From Candidatus Nealsonbacteria bacterium DGGOD1a (GTDB lineage: Bacteria > Patescibacteriota > Minisyncoccia > Minisyncoccales > UBA5738), in contig CP092821.1 of the NCBI GenBank assembly GCA_022530585.1, forward strand, positions 134,222 through 198,221: a DNA stretch of 64,000 nt, read 5' to 3'. This document shows positions 1-9,052 of the stretch, in pieces. The translations under genes were made by a program, and so were the position numbers. The notes below the pieces were generated by a model, which saw nothing but the letters and a program-made list of their open reading frames with translations, had not been told where the DNA came from and made no database searches. How positions within the stretch are numbered: position 1 is the first letter of the stretch; each line of letters starts with the position of its first letter.

Positions 1-67
1 TTGTTTTTGCGTCAACGGCGCGTTATAATAAACAATAAAACATAGACGACGCTAACGCAATTTCACA

Positions 68-1066
68 ATGAATAAAATTCTTAAAGCGGCTATCGGCCAA
101 TTGGATATTATTGGCCAGTGCGGGAAATACAATGTTCCGTTAAGGCAATGTCCGCAATTTCTTTTTTTGGTGATGGGCGGCGTGATTGTTATTGCCGTGG
201 TTGCCACTTATCTTGTCGGCATACGCTATGGCCAGATCGATCCGGAAATGATCGCTTTGATTGTTATCGGTCTGGCCACGGTGATGCTGGTGATTTCTTT
301 TATTATCGTGCGCAGTTTTGAGCAGTTGGCCGAGGCCAGCCGTTTGAAGACCGAATTTGTCAGTATCGTGTCGCATCAGATACGCTCGCCGCTTACCAAT
401 TTAAAATGGATTGTCGAGATATTAATGTCGGGGATATTGGGAAAAATCGAAGGCAAACAAGAAGAATATTTCCGGATACTGAAGGAAAATTTGGAAAGGA
501 TGCAAACGCTCGTCAACGATCTTTTGACGGTGTCGCGAATCGAGGCGGCCGCGTTTGTTTTAAAAAGGGAAGAATTTTCAATGGAGAATGTGGCGCGCGA
601 TCTGATCGCGGAATTTGAACCAATCGCCAAATCATCAAACATTAAAATCGGGATGAACGCCGAACCCGGATTGCCGAAAATTTACAGCGATCCGTTTCAA
701 ATTCTGCAGGTTCTGGAAAATTTGCTGTATAATGCCGTGCGCTATATGGGTTTTTCTTCCGAAAAATCCGACGGCGAAAGAAAAGTGGAAATCAAACTCT
801 TCCGCAAGGGAGACTATATTTATTGCGAAGTGCAAGACAGCGGCATTGGCATTCCCAAAGACGATCAAAAATATATTTTCCAAAAGTTTTTCCGCGCGGA
901 GAATGTGCGGCGCTATCAAACCAGCGGTTCGGGCTTGGGACTTTATATTTCCAAGAGCATTATCGAAAGATCGGGCGGCAAGATGGGGTTTTCCAGCCGC
1001 GAAGGGTTGGGCGCCACTTTTTGGTTTAAACTGCCGGTGGCGGAAAAGAAAAATTCCAGGCAATAA
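68..1066 (+). CDS. Sensor histidine kinase (membrane-anchored, HisKA + HATPase_c)
   Basis: 332-aa ORF; two N-terminal hydrophobic helices; H-box SIVSHQIRSPLTNL, N-box ENLLYNAVRY, G-boxes DSGIGIP and GSGLGLYISKSI. Confidence 0.85.
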   Translation: MNKILKAAIGQLDIIGQCGKYNVPLRQCPQFLFLVMGGVIVIAVVATYLVGIRYGQIDPEMIALIVIGLATVMLVISFIIVRSFEQLAEASRLKTEFVSIVSHQIRSPLTNLKWIVEILMSGILGKIEGKQEEYFRILKENLERMQTLVNDLLTVSRIEAAAFVLKREEFSMENVARDLIAEFEPIAKSSNIKIGMNAEPGLPKIYSDPFQILQVLENLLYNAVRYMGFSSEKSDGERKVEIKLFRKGDYIYCEVQDSGIGIPKDDQKYIFQKFFRAENVRRYQTSGSGLGLYISKSIIERSGGKMGFSSREGLGATFWFKLPVAEKKNSRQ

Positions 1067-1076
1067 AACAATATAT

Positions 1077-1204
1077 CTTGAATTACGAAACGCTTTGCAT
1101 TTGGGGTCTATCCCTTGCTGCCCGTCCCGAGTATTCCCGAGGGATAATCGCAAGGGTTAGACCCCTTCAAAGCATTCGTATTTAATGGTTTCGCAATCCA
1201 AAGC
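1077..1204. repeat. Palindromic intergenic element, family A, copy 1 (forward orientation)
   Basis: CTTGAATTACGAAACGCTTTGCA...GGGGTCTATCCCTTGC...GCAAGGGTTAGACCCC...GGTTTCGCAATCCAAAG; same architecture at 53874, 56928 and inverted at 32586, 62745. Confidence 0.7.
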
Positions 1205-1222
1205 AATATAATTCTTACGATT

Positions 1223-1603
1223 ATGAATAAAACAATATTATTCGTTGAAGACGAATCGGTAATGCAAAAAACCGTGAGTGAATTTTTGGGCGCCAAAGGT
1301 TATGATGTTATTTCGGCGCTGGATGGCGAATTGGGCGTAAATATGGCGCGGATCCGTAAGCCGGATTTGATTCTTTTGGATATTGTTTTGCCCAAAAAAA
1401 ACGGTTTTGAGGTTTTAAAAGAACTTAAAAGCGACGAGGAAACCAAATCGATTCCGGTGATCGTGCTGACCAACCTTTCGCAGATGAGCGATATCGGCAA
1501 GGTTATGGAATTGGGAGTGACGACTTATCTGGTGAAAAGCGATCAGGGATTGAAAGACATTCTGGCGGTGGTCGATAAAACGCTCGGCGGCGCGCAAAAT
1601 TAA
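1223..1603 (+). CDS. Single-domain response regulator (CheY-like receiver)
   Basis: 126 aa; acidic pocket FVEDE, phospho-acceptor context LILLDIVLP, VLTN and YLVKS signatures; no output domain. Confidence 0.85.
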   Translation: MNKTILFVEDESVMQKTVSEFLGAKGYDVISALDGELGVNMARIRKPDLILLDIVLPKKNGFEVLKELKSDEETKSIPVIVLTNLSQMSDIGKVMELGVTTYLVKSDQGLKDILAVVDKTLGGAQN

Positions 1604-1612
1604 ATTTGTTTT

Positions 1613-3394
1613 ATGAAAGTCGAACCACAGCAGCTTAAAGCGTTTATGCTTGACGCCAACTTGGTGACCGTTGAGCAATTTGATGATTGCGCCCAAGAAG
1701 CCGCCGCGAAAAACAAGCGGACGGAGGATGTTTTGATTGAGCGGAATTTGATTGACGCCGAACAGCTTTTGAAGTTGAAGGCCTACATTTTGGGTATTCC
1801 TTATGTCAATTTGGAGAAAGATATTATTCCTTTTGAAGTTTTGACTCTTATTCCGGAACCGATCGCGCGGGCGAACAATGTGGCGGCGTTCCGCAGGACT
1901 GCCGATTCGCTGGAGGTGGCGATGATCGATCCCGAAGATTTGCGGATCATTGAATCGATTAAAAAAACCACCGGACTGACGGTTTTGCCGCGCTTGACCA
2001 ATCTTCAGGGGATGAAGAGCGCGATAATGCAATACCAAAGGACATTGGCGGCCGAAGTGGGCGATTTGGTGGGTGAACCCGGCGAAGTCGGGGGAAACGA
2101 CGAACCCGGCGAGTTTAAAATGATGGATGAAGGGGCCGGCCGCGAGCTTGGCGGCGACGGCAATGAATTGAAGAAAGCCGCTCAAGATTTGCCGGTGATC
2201 AGAATCGTCGATACGCTGGTCAAACACGCGATATTGGAACGGGCTTCGGATATTCATATCGAACCAACGGAGAAAGAAGTAATCGTGCGCTATCGCGTTG
2301 ACGGAATCTTGCGCGACGCGATGACCTTGCCGAAAAATTCGACCGCCGGGATCGTGGCGCGCATTAAAGTCCTGTCCAATTTGAAGCTTGACGAATGCCG
2401 CCTGCCGCAGGATGGCCGTTTCAAAGTGGAAAGCGACCAATGGAAATATTCTTTGCGCGTTTCAACTTTACCGGTTTTTTACGGGGAAAAGATCGTAATG
2501 AGGCTGCTCTCCGAAGGTACCAAGGCGTTTCCGTTGGAGCAACTCGGTTTTCGGGGCCGGGGCTTGGAAAAGATTAAGAATTCGCTTCAGAAAACAATGG
2601 GAATGATTCTGATGACCGGTCCGACCGGATCGGGCAAAACCACGACGCTTTATTCGATGATGGATGTCTTAAACGAGCCGGGAGTGAACATTTCCACCAT
2701 TGAAGACCCGATTGAATATCAAATGCCGCGGGTGAACCAAACGCAAGTGAACGCCAAGATCGGATTGACTTTCGCGTCGGGTTTGCGCACTCTTTTACGC
2801 CAAGACCCGAACATTATTATGGTGGGAGAAATTCGCGACAACGAAACCGCGGCGCTGGCGATTAACGCGGCGTTGACCGGCCATTTGGTGTTGTCCACTT
2901 TGCACACCAATACGGCCGCCGGCGCCATCCCGCGTTTGATCGATATGAAAGCCGAGCCGTTTTTAATTTCGTCCACGATCGATGTGATCATCGCCCAACG
3001 CTTGATACGGTGCTTGGGCGATTCGCGGGAAGAGTATCGCTTGAAAGAAGCCGATGTCGAACATTTGAAACACTACTGCGATATTAGCCGGATTTTGGCG
3101 ATGTTGAAGGACGAAAAAATTGTTCCGGCCAAAGCAACCTGGAAAAACATTCCTTTTTGGCGGCCTAAATCCGTCAAGGATTGCCCCGACGGGTATAAAG
3201 GACGGGTTGGTATCCACGAAGTTTTATCCGTGTCGCCGAAAATCAAGGATTTGATCGTGAAAAATTCAACCGCGGACGCGGTGCAGGCGCAGGCGGTGAA
3301 AGAGGGAATGGTGACGATGTTTGAAGATGGTTTTATCAAAGCCGCGCAAGGCAAAACTTCCATTGAAGAAGTTTTGCGCGTGATTACCGAATAA
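1613..3394 (+). CDS. pilB: Type IV pilus assembly ATPase PilB/GspE family
   Basis: 593 aa; Walker A GPTGSGKTTT, IMVGEIRD (Walker B/Asp box), TGHLVLSTLHTN (His box); starts 9 nt after the receiver gene. Confidence 0.9.
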   Translation: MKVEPQQLKAFMLDANLVTVEQFDDCAQEAAAKNKRTEDVLIERNLIDAEQLLKLKAYILGIPYVNLEKDIIPFEVLTLIPEPIARANNVAAFRRTADSLEVAMIDPEDLRIIESIKKTTGLTVLPRLTNLQGMKSAIMQYQRTLAAEVGDLVGEPGEVGGNDEPGEFKMMDEGAGRELGGDGNELKKAAQDLPVIRIVDTLVKHAILERASDIHIEPTEKEVIVRYRVDGILRDAMTLPKNSTAGIVARIKVLSNLKLDECRLPQDGRFKVESDQWKYSLRVSTLPVFYGEKIVMRLLSEGTKAFPLEQLGFRGRGLEKIKNSLQKTMGMILMTGPTGSGKTTTLYSMMDVLNEPGVNISTIEDPIEYQMPRVNQTQVNAKIGLTFASGLRTLLRQDPNIIMVGEIRDNETAALAINAALTGHLVLSTLHTNTAAGAIPRLIDMKAEPFLISSTIDVIIAQRLIRCLGDSREEYRLKEADVEHLKHYCDISRILAMLKDEKIVPAKATWKNIPFWRPKSVKDCPDGYKGRVGIHEVLSVSPKIKDLIVKNSTADAVQAQAVKEGMVTMFEDGFIKAAQGKTSIEEVLRVITE

Positions 3395-3472
3395 TGCGAT
3401 GGCATTTGTAACTGTTCACTGGGGAGCAAATTTGTTGAGGTCAACGAATTTGCGGTAAGGGATGGCGCGAAT

Positions 3473-3513
3473 TTGGAGGTCAAACCTCTCGCAAGCCGAG
3501 GATTGACCTCCAA
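3473..3513 (+). terminator. Hairpin downstream of pilB (possible terminator)
   Basis: TTGGAGGTCAA...TTGACCTCCAA 11-bp arms with nested CCTC/GAGG; a T-run follows only after 9 nt, so weak as an intrinsic terminator. Confidence 0.35.
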
Positions 3514-3568
3514 ATCCGCTATTTTTAACCTCCCGGCGAGCGGTTACTGGCATTTGATTTGCATATTT

Positions 3569-3596
3569 CTGTTTACCTTTGTTATAATATAAACAG
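3569..3596 (+). promoter_or_regulatory. Candidate promoter of Cys-rich paralog 1: TATAAT (3583-3588) bracketed by inverted repeat CTGTTTA/TAAACAG
   Basis: TGTTATAAT extended -10-like box; same arrangement conserved upstream of paralog 2 (7631-7658). Confidence 0.4.
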
Positions 3597-3686
3597 AGAT
3601 TTGGTTTTTTGAAAGTTGTATTGCGGCGGAGAGCGGGCGATATTGTTTTGGAAATAATTTTACCTTGTTTCCGCCACATTAAAATA

Positions 3687-4439
3687 ATGAAGAAAAATTA
3701 TCGTTTGTCCGCAATTGTTTGCGCGCTGGCGGTGTCTCTGGCGATGTGCTTTGCGGTTGCGGCGTGGAACAGCCCCGATGGCACTCCGCCCGCCGACAAT
3801 GTCGCCGCGCCGATCAACACTTCAAGCGCGGCGCAAACCAAAGCCGGCGATTTAAGTTTGGGCCATAATATTAATGTTACCAGCGACAGCGCGTCCGGCC
3901 GCTTTTGCCTGGCGGGGGAATGTTGCGCCACATGGGAAGAATGTTTTGGCGGAAGCGGCGGTTGCGGTTGCGATTCTTGGATAAATGCGGGTTGCGGCGC
4001 AGGAGGATGCAACGCGGACCGAATGTACCAAACCAGGACATGCAGTCCTTCGGGATGTGATTCCGAAACCCGTTGCGCGACGGACGGGTCTTGCGGGAGC
4101 GCCCCTTGCGCGCCGGATTGCGACGGCAAGGAATGCGGCGACGACGGGTGCGGCGGCGAATGCGGTTCGTGCTCCGGCGGATTGACATGTATTGGTGGTG
4201 ATTGTTTTGATTGCGCACAAGCTTGCGCTAATCAAGAAGCGACTTGCGGCTGGATATCTGCGCCTTTCGGGTGCGGCGATAATTACTGCGGCGATTGCTC
4301 GTCGGGGATATGTCATGTGAATACTTGCTGGCCATATTGCAGCGAGCTTGATTGTTTGGAGATTATTCCGGGCGGAGGGCTGGATCAATGCGTTATTGGG
4401 GAAGGAGGAGGATTTAATGATGTAATTCTCTGCTTTTAA
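3687..4439 (+). CDS. Secreted Cys-rich protein, paralog 1 (conserved leader/stalk + variable head)
   Basis: ATG 3687 preferred over track start 3609 because MKKNYRLS start and its upstream DNA are conserved at 7746. Signal helix AIVCALAVSLAMCFAVAA|W, boxes PPADNVAAPIN..AQTKAGDL and CLAGECCATWEEC, then Cys-rich tail (CGDDGCGGECGSC). Confidence 0.75.
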   Translation: MKKNYRLSAIVCALAVSLAMCFAVAAWNSPDGTPPADNVAAPINTSSAAQTKAGDLSLGHNINVTSDSASGRFCLAGECCATWEECFGGSGGCGCDSWINAGCGAGGCNADRMYQTRTCSPSGCDSETRCATDGSCGSAPCAPDCDGKECGDDGCGGECGSCSGGLTCIGGDCFDCAQACANQEATCGWISAPFGCGDNYCGDCSSGICHVNTCWPYCSELDCLEIIPGGGLDQCVIGEGGGFNDVILCF

Positions 4440-4667
4440 TTAAAGCATTTATAATTCAATTCTGAATTATGAAATGCCAAAAATGAGTGTATAAAGTCCG
4501 GCCTTGTTTTTATATGTGTGGATTACAGCGAGCGCGTTAGCGGCGGTAAATGCATAAACAATGTATGCTTTTCATATTGCGATAGAACTTCCGGCGATAT
4601 TTTCTGTCGATGGGTGGCTGAAGATTGATAAATTGTTTTAGGGACTATTTTTACCAAAGCATTGAGT

Positions 4668-7448
4668 TTATTGCAATATTGCCAGCTGTTTTTGCAATTC
4701 GGCAATCAATTGAATTATCAGTTGAATCAAGAGTTCTCTAATTTGAGCGATCTTTGCCAAAATTTCCTCACGCCCCATTTGCCGGTTTTGCATTTGCATT
4801 TGTTCTTGTCTTTGCAGTTCATAAATATCATCCGTTGGTTTTTCAAATTCGTTACTTTGGTCATTCACCATTTCCCCAAAATTTTTTAATACACATTTAC
4901 CGTTGGAACAAATTTTTTTGGCCGCCGAACAGTCCGTATCGTCAATCCATAAAAAATTGCTGGCACAGGCGCCATTCATGCAGAATCTCTTTATAATTTG
5001 CTTTTGCGTCCATTCATTGCGGCAACGATAATTATCAGTAGTGGTATCAACACCGCAATTTTCCGCCAATTTTTCTTTGACACCGCATGAATTATACCAA
5101 TAAAGATTACCATCTTCGCATTTTTGGTTTGTTTGCGGCGCGCAATTTTCGACGCATTTTCCGTTAGAACATGTTTTTTCGGTTTTACAAACGCCGCAAT
5201 TTATCGTTTTGCCGCAACCATCGCTCCATAATCCGCATTTGTAATTTCCCAAACTCGCGCAAGTTTTGGGAACGCAAACGGTGGAACATTGGTTATTGGA
5301 GCATATCTGTCCGGGCGGACAATCCGCCGGCACCGACCACTCTAGGCAAGAATCCAAATCATAGTTATCGCAAATTTTATACGCGCTTCCGAAACATTGC
5401 ATTGCTCCGAATGCGGAACATTCATTCGCGCAAGCTGCTTCCTTATGGTCAACTCCCCATACTTCAAGTTCGCCAATACTCACAAAATGAGCGCTCCCGC
5501 CCGCATCGCCAACAATACGAATGCCGTTGCCAACGATATTGTTTAAATTAAAAGTATAAGATTCAAAATTCGGTCCAAATAGGTTCTGATTATTCGTGTT
5601 TGGATACGAGGGAAACAGCGTTGCTTGCGCATCAATCCACGCGCCGTTTTGCAACACTTGAACTCGCAAGCTTCCGTTTGCAAACCATCCGCCATCCCAA
5701 AAATGTTTTCCTTCGGTAAAAATAATCTTGGAAAATTTTTTATTTTTGTTAAAAGTATATCCGTAATGCTCTTCATGAATAGCTCCATTACCGACAAAAG
5801 AATCATATTGAAGTTCAATGGCATCCGAAAAGCAATATCCCGGACAATACGAATCATTATAGCAAGCTTGCGACACGGTCGCAGTCAAAGGAGAAGGCTT
5901 AATCCCGTCACGAATGGTTTCAATATTTTTATTGCCTCCGCCCAAGGGACTGAAAACGCTAGCAATAATATTCCCTTGAGAAGCAATATTAACAGGAGTG
6001 CCACCAACGCTAATCGGTATTTTTTCCCATGTCGTATTCCCCTGCATATCGGTCACATAACAAACCGCTTCATAAGCACCGTTTTGAGCATATTGATGAT
6101 TAACATTGGCTCCATTCGCATAAAAGGTATCGCCAAAAAACCATTGATAGCTTTTTATTCCATCGCTGTCGGCGGCTTGCGCATTGAAAGTAAATGTTCT
6201 GTTCCCAAGATCGGTCGCGTTAACGGTCAAACTAGGCTTCGAATTTGTAATTAGAGGCCATTGTTCAAGAATCGGAGGCACGATAACACTTTGATTTGGA
6301 AGATACCAAACACCGCCGCTGATTGTGCCGCCGGTTGTCGCCAAAGATTTGCGTGCAAGCTCCAGATTAACATTAATTGCATCATTGAATGTATAGCTTG
6401 TATTCGCAAACTTATTCCCCATAACATTGAGCGCGGATTTCCATTTATCCGGAATCGCTGAATAGCCCAAAAAATTACCCATTATACTACCGACAGTTGA
6501 CGGATTGCAATCGCTATCTTGTCCGCAACGCATAGAAATACGCATTGACTGCTCAAAATCGCCATCGCCATATAGCAAGCCGATTAAGACATATGCGGCA
6601 TTCAATTTGGCATCAATATTAAACACATTACTGATGCCTTGCGGGCAACGATCGTCTTGTCCCCATTTACTTTCAAGTAATCTCCAATTTTCTTCCCATG
6701 TCTTGCCCGCATTATTCCATGCAATAACATCTTCAATCACCTGCCTAAATTTACTGCCAACCGGCACTGCCTGTCGCCCCGCTTCAATAATCTCATTTAC
6801 ATTATTGGCCGTAAATGCTTTTGCGTGCATCGCGGCAACAAAAACACCTCCATACACGCCGTCTCCATAATTAATCATATGCCCCGCCCTCCAAGCAAGC
6901 TCAATTGCGGAATTAATCTGTCCGGGATTAATCATACCGGCAAAATCCGCTTCAATTTGCCAATCAATATCATCGGAGTGAGGCGTATTGCTATAATGCG
7001 CATTGTCAGGAACAATTATCCCTTTTTGCAAATTGGCGCGTGAAAAATAATTGGCATGGCACAATCCAAATGAAGTATTCAAAAACTCATTCCCAAAATC
7101 GCTCCATGTGGCATTAACGCCATATTTTTTCATCGCCTCCAAAAAGGGGATTTCAACATAAATATCGTCTTGATTGAACCCATTGTTTACCATTTCCGGC
7201 AACCAAGCGGGAATCTCGTATTCCGCCAGCACTCTGCCCTTCCCTTGGAATTCCGTAGGTGCGCCCCATGCCACACCAGCCATTTGCCCAACCCAACCTC
7301 CTTTGACTTTATCAATTATCGCAGATTCACTTAAAAAGACGCTACCGGCGAAACAAACAGAATCATTTTGATTGCCGTAACAGAAAAACAAAAACATCGC
7401 GCTCAATATAGAAAAGGCGAGCGTATAACCGTTGGTTTTTAAAAACAT
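4668..7448 (-). CDS. Secreted multidomain protein: ADP-ribosylglycohydrolase-fold + PKD + beta-sandwich (discoidin/CBM-like) + Cys-rich repeats + C-terminal coiled coil
   Basis: 926 aa; signal peptide; ARH-like N- and C-terminal motifs (GVAWGAPTEF; GQDSDCNPSTVGSIMGNFLG); PKD signature YQWFFGD..NHQY..GAYEAVCYVTD; ...GELEVWG; C-rich tail; ends LIQLIIQLIAELQKQLAILQ. Confidence 0.7.
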   Translation of the reverse strand: MFLKTNGYTLAFSILSAMFLFFCYGNQNDSVCFAGSVFLSESAIIDKVKGGWVGQMAGVAWGAPTEFQGKGRVLAEYEIPAWLPEMVNNGFNQDDIYVEIPFLEAMKKYGVNATWSDFGNEFLNTSFGLCHANYFSRANLQKGIIVPDNAHYSNTPHSDDIDWQIEADFAGMINPGQINSAIELAWRAGHMINYGDGVYGGVFVAAMHAKAFTANNVNEIIEAGRQAVPVGSKFRQVIEDVIAWNNAGKTWEENWRLLESKWGQDDRCPQGISNVFNIDAKLNAAYVLIGLLYGDGDFEQSMRISMRCGQDSDCNPSTVGSIMGNFLGYSAIPDKWKSALNVMGNKFANTSYTFNDAINVNLELARKSLATTGGTISGGVWYLPNQSVIVPPILEQWPLITNSKPSLTVNATDLGNRTFTFNAQAADSDGIKSYQWFFGDTFYANGANVNHQYAQNGAYEAVCYVTDMQGNTTWEKIPISVGGTPVNIASQGNIIASVFSPLGGGNKNIETIRDGIKPSPLTATVSQACYNDSYCPGYCFSDAIELQYDSFVGNGAIHEEHYGYTFNKNKKFSKIIFTEGKHFWDGGWFANGSLRVQVLQNGAWIDAQATLFPSYPNTNNQNLFGPNFESYTFNLNNIVGNGIRIVGDAGGSAHFVSIGELEVWGVDHKEAACANECSAFGAMQCFGSAYKICDNYDLDSCLEWSVPADCPPGQICSNNQCSTVCVPKTCASLGNYKCGLWSDGCGKTINCGVCKTEKTCSNGKCVENCAPQTNQKCEDGNLYWYNSCGVKEKLAENCGVDTTTDNYRCRNEWTQKQIIKRFCMNGACASNFLWIDDTDCSAAKKICSNGKCVLKNFGEMVNDQSNEFEKPTDDIYELQRQEQMQMQNRQMGREEILAKIAQIRELLIQLIIQLIAELQKQLAILQ

Positions 7449-7463
7449 ATTTTAAAAAATTAT

Positions 7464-7596
7464 CTGAATTACGAAATGCCAAAAATGGCGCAAAATGAGT
7501 AATGCTGGCGGCAGTCGGTTGGCCGCTACTAACATACTTTATTTTACATCATTTCCACATTTTTTTCCACATTTTTGGCATTTCGTAATTCAAAGG
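7464..7596. repeat. Palindromic intergenic element, family A variant (same termini, different core)
   Basis: CTGAATTACGAAATGCCAAAAATG ... CATTTTTGGCATTTCGTAATTCAAAGG; half-copy at 4462-4489. Confidence 0.6.
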
Positions 7597-7630
7597 TATG
7601 CACTTTGCGTAGTGTGCGATTTGCGCGTTT

Positions 7631-7658
7631 CTGTTTATTTTTGTTATAATGAAAACAG
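7631..7658 (+). promoter_or_regulatory. Candidate promoter of Cys-rich paralog 2 (TATAAT 7645-7650 inside CTGTTT/AAACAG inverted repeat)
   Basis: Near-identical to 3569-3596. Confidence 0.4.
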
Positions 7659-7745
7659 AGATTTGACTTTCTAAAAGTTGGGTGGCGGAGAGCGGGCGAT
7701 ATTGTTTTGGAAATAATTTTACCTTGTTTCCGCCACATTAAAATA

Positions 7746-8366
7746 ATGAAGAAAAATTATCGTTTGTCCGCAATTGTTTGCGCGCTGGCGGTGTCTCTGG
7801 CGATGTGCTTTGCGGTTGCGGCTTGGAAAAGTCCCGATGGCACTCCGCCCGCCGACAATGTCGCCGCGCCGATCAACACTTCAAGCGCGGCGCAAACCAA
7901 AGCCGGCGATTTAAGTTTGGGCCATAATATTAATGTTGCCAGCGACAGCGCGTCCGGCCGCTTTTGCTTGGCCGGGGAATGTTGCGCCACATGGGAAGAA
8001 TGCGCCACATTCGGTGGTAGTGGCGGTAGTTGCAAACTTGTACCGATAAGCGATGTCTTGGTAGCCGGTTATGATAAATATCGGTGTAAAGATGATTGCA
8101 CATTTTTTTATTGTTCCTATAATTATTATTGGTGTCCGGCGAACAGTTGCGTTATAGGTTTGGGCGGTCTTGAATATTTCTTTTGGAGCAAAGCTTCCAG
8201 AAGATTATGCGCCGGAAACGGTTATGAGGTGTTCATAGAAGATAGCTCTCAATACAATGATACCGATGATTGCAGTCCGGATGGGGGAGCTCCGCTTAGT
8301 AATTTTACCGCGGGATCGGGAATATATGCTTGCGATAACGGGACATGGGTTAAAACCAGCGATTAG
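7746..8366 (+). CDS. Secreted Cys-rich protein, paralog 2
   Basis: First ~85 codons nearly identical in DNA to paralog 1, diverges right after CCATWEEC into an unrelated Cys/aromatic-rich head. Confidence 0.75.
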   Translation: MKKNYRLSAIVCALAVSLAMCFAVAAWKSPDGTPPADNVAAPINTSSAAQTKAGDLSLGHNINVASDSASGRFCLAGECCATWEECATFGGSGGSCKLVPISDVLVAGYDKYRCKDDCTFFYCSYNYYWCPANSCVIGLGGLEYFFWSKASRRLCAGNGYEVFIEDSSQYNDTDDCSPDGGAPLSNFTAGSGIYACDNGTWVKTSD

Positions 8367-8407
8367 AAATGTTGGAGCAAAATACAGTTTCGTAATTTAA
8401 GATAATT

Positions 8408-9052
8408 ATGAATCATCATTTAAAATTTTATGCGGTGGCGGTGTGCGCGCTAATTGCCGTTTTGGCATTGTGTTTTGTAGCCATGGCATGGAACAATCCC
8501 GGCGGCCCTTCGCCCACCGAAAATGCTGACGCGCCGATCAATGAGGGGGCGACCGCGCAAACGAAAGCCGGCGATTTAAATCTGGGCGGCAAACTGAATG
8601 TTGCCGAAGACAGCGCGTCCGGCCGCTTTTGTTTGGCCGGGGAATGTTGCGCCACATGGGAAGAATGTTTTGGCGTACCGACGCCTTCGACTTGTTCCTG
8701 TGGTAGTTGGGCGTTTGTCGGTCCCGTTTCCAATTGCGGCGTTGAGGATGTGAGTGTTAGCAGGCAAAGCCGGGACTGCTATCCCGATGGTTGCGATTTT
8801 GAAACGAGATGCGTGAGGACAAAATATGATCCGAGCCCGGCACCGGGAATTAGTTGCAGCGCGGATAACGAGTGCGGATTCGGAAGCGCGTACGGATATT
8901 GTTGCGATTCTCATGACGGCTGGTGCGTTCTTCGGGATCAGGAAACGATGAGCGATGCTGAATGGTGCGCTTATAGCGGCCGGGAGTGCGGGACATGGAT
9001 TGCCGCTTGCGGCAGAAGCGTATACTGCGGAATCTGCAGTGAGGGAGAGTGA
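8408..9052 (+). CDS. Secreted Cys-rich protein, paralog 3 (as bounded by in-frame TGA)
   Basis: Signal helix AVAVCALIAVLALCFVAMA|W, APIN..AQTKAGDL, CLAGECCATWEEC boxes; preceded by GTTTCGTAATTTAAG box 7 nt from ATG. Confidence 0.7.
   Translation: MNHHLKFYAVAVCALIAVLALCFVAMAWNNPGGPSPTENADAPINEGATAQTKAGDLNLGGKLNVAEDSASGRFCLAGECCATWEECFGVPTPSTCSCGSWAFVGPVSNCGVEDVSVSRQSRDCYPDGCDFETRCVRTKYDPSPAPGISCSADNECGFGSAYGYCCDSHDGWCVLRDQETMSDAEWCAYSGRECGTWIAACGRSVYCGICSEGE

Noticed and set aside
3609-3686. The longer N-terminal extensions offered by the ORF track for paralogs 1 and 2 (3609, 7707), for 9311, 10030, 42477, 53003, 61483 and 61542.
   Set aside because: Internal starts give canonical signal peptides or family-typical N-termini. 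The extensions run through promoter-like boxes, hairpins (42492-42525) or repeat elements.
4523-4705. A 60-aa minus-strand ORF and other 60-130-aa ORFs in the 4440-4670 and 5171-6870 regions.
   Set aside because: They overlap the ARH-fold gene or its convergent terminator region and have no motifs or start context.
9050-9052. Selenocysteine at the in-frame TGA of the Cys-rich paralog.
   Set aside because: It is tempting in a Cys-rich context, but I could not see a convincing SECIS-like hairpin immediately downstream, and no sel genes are in the window. It is kept only as a check inside the relevant finding.
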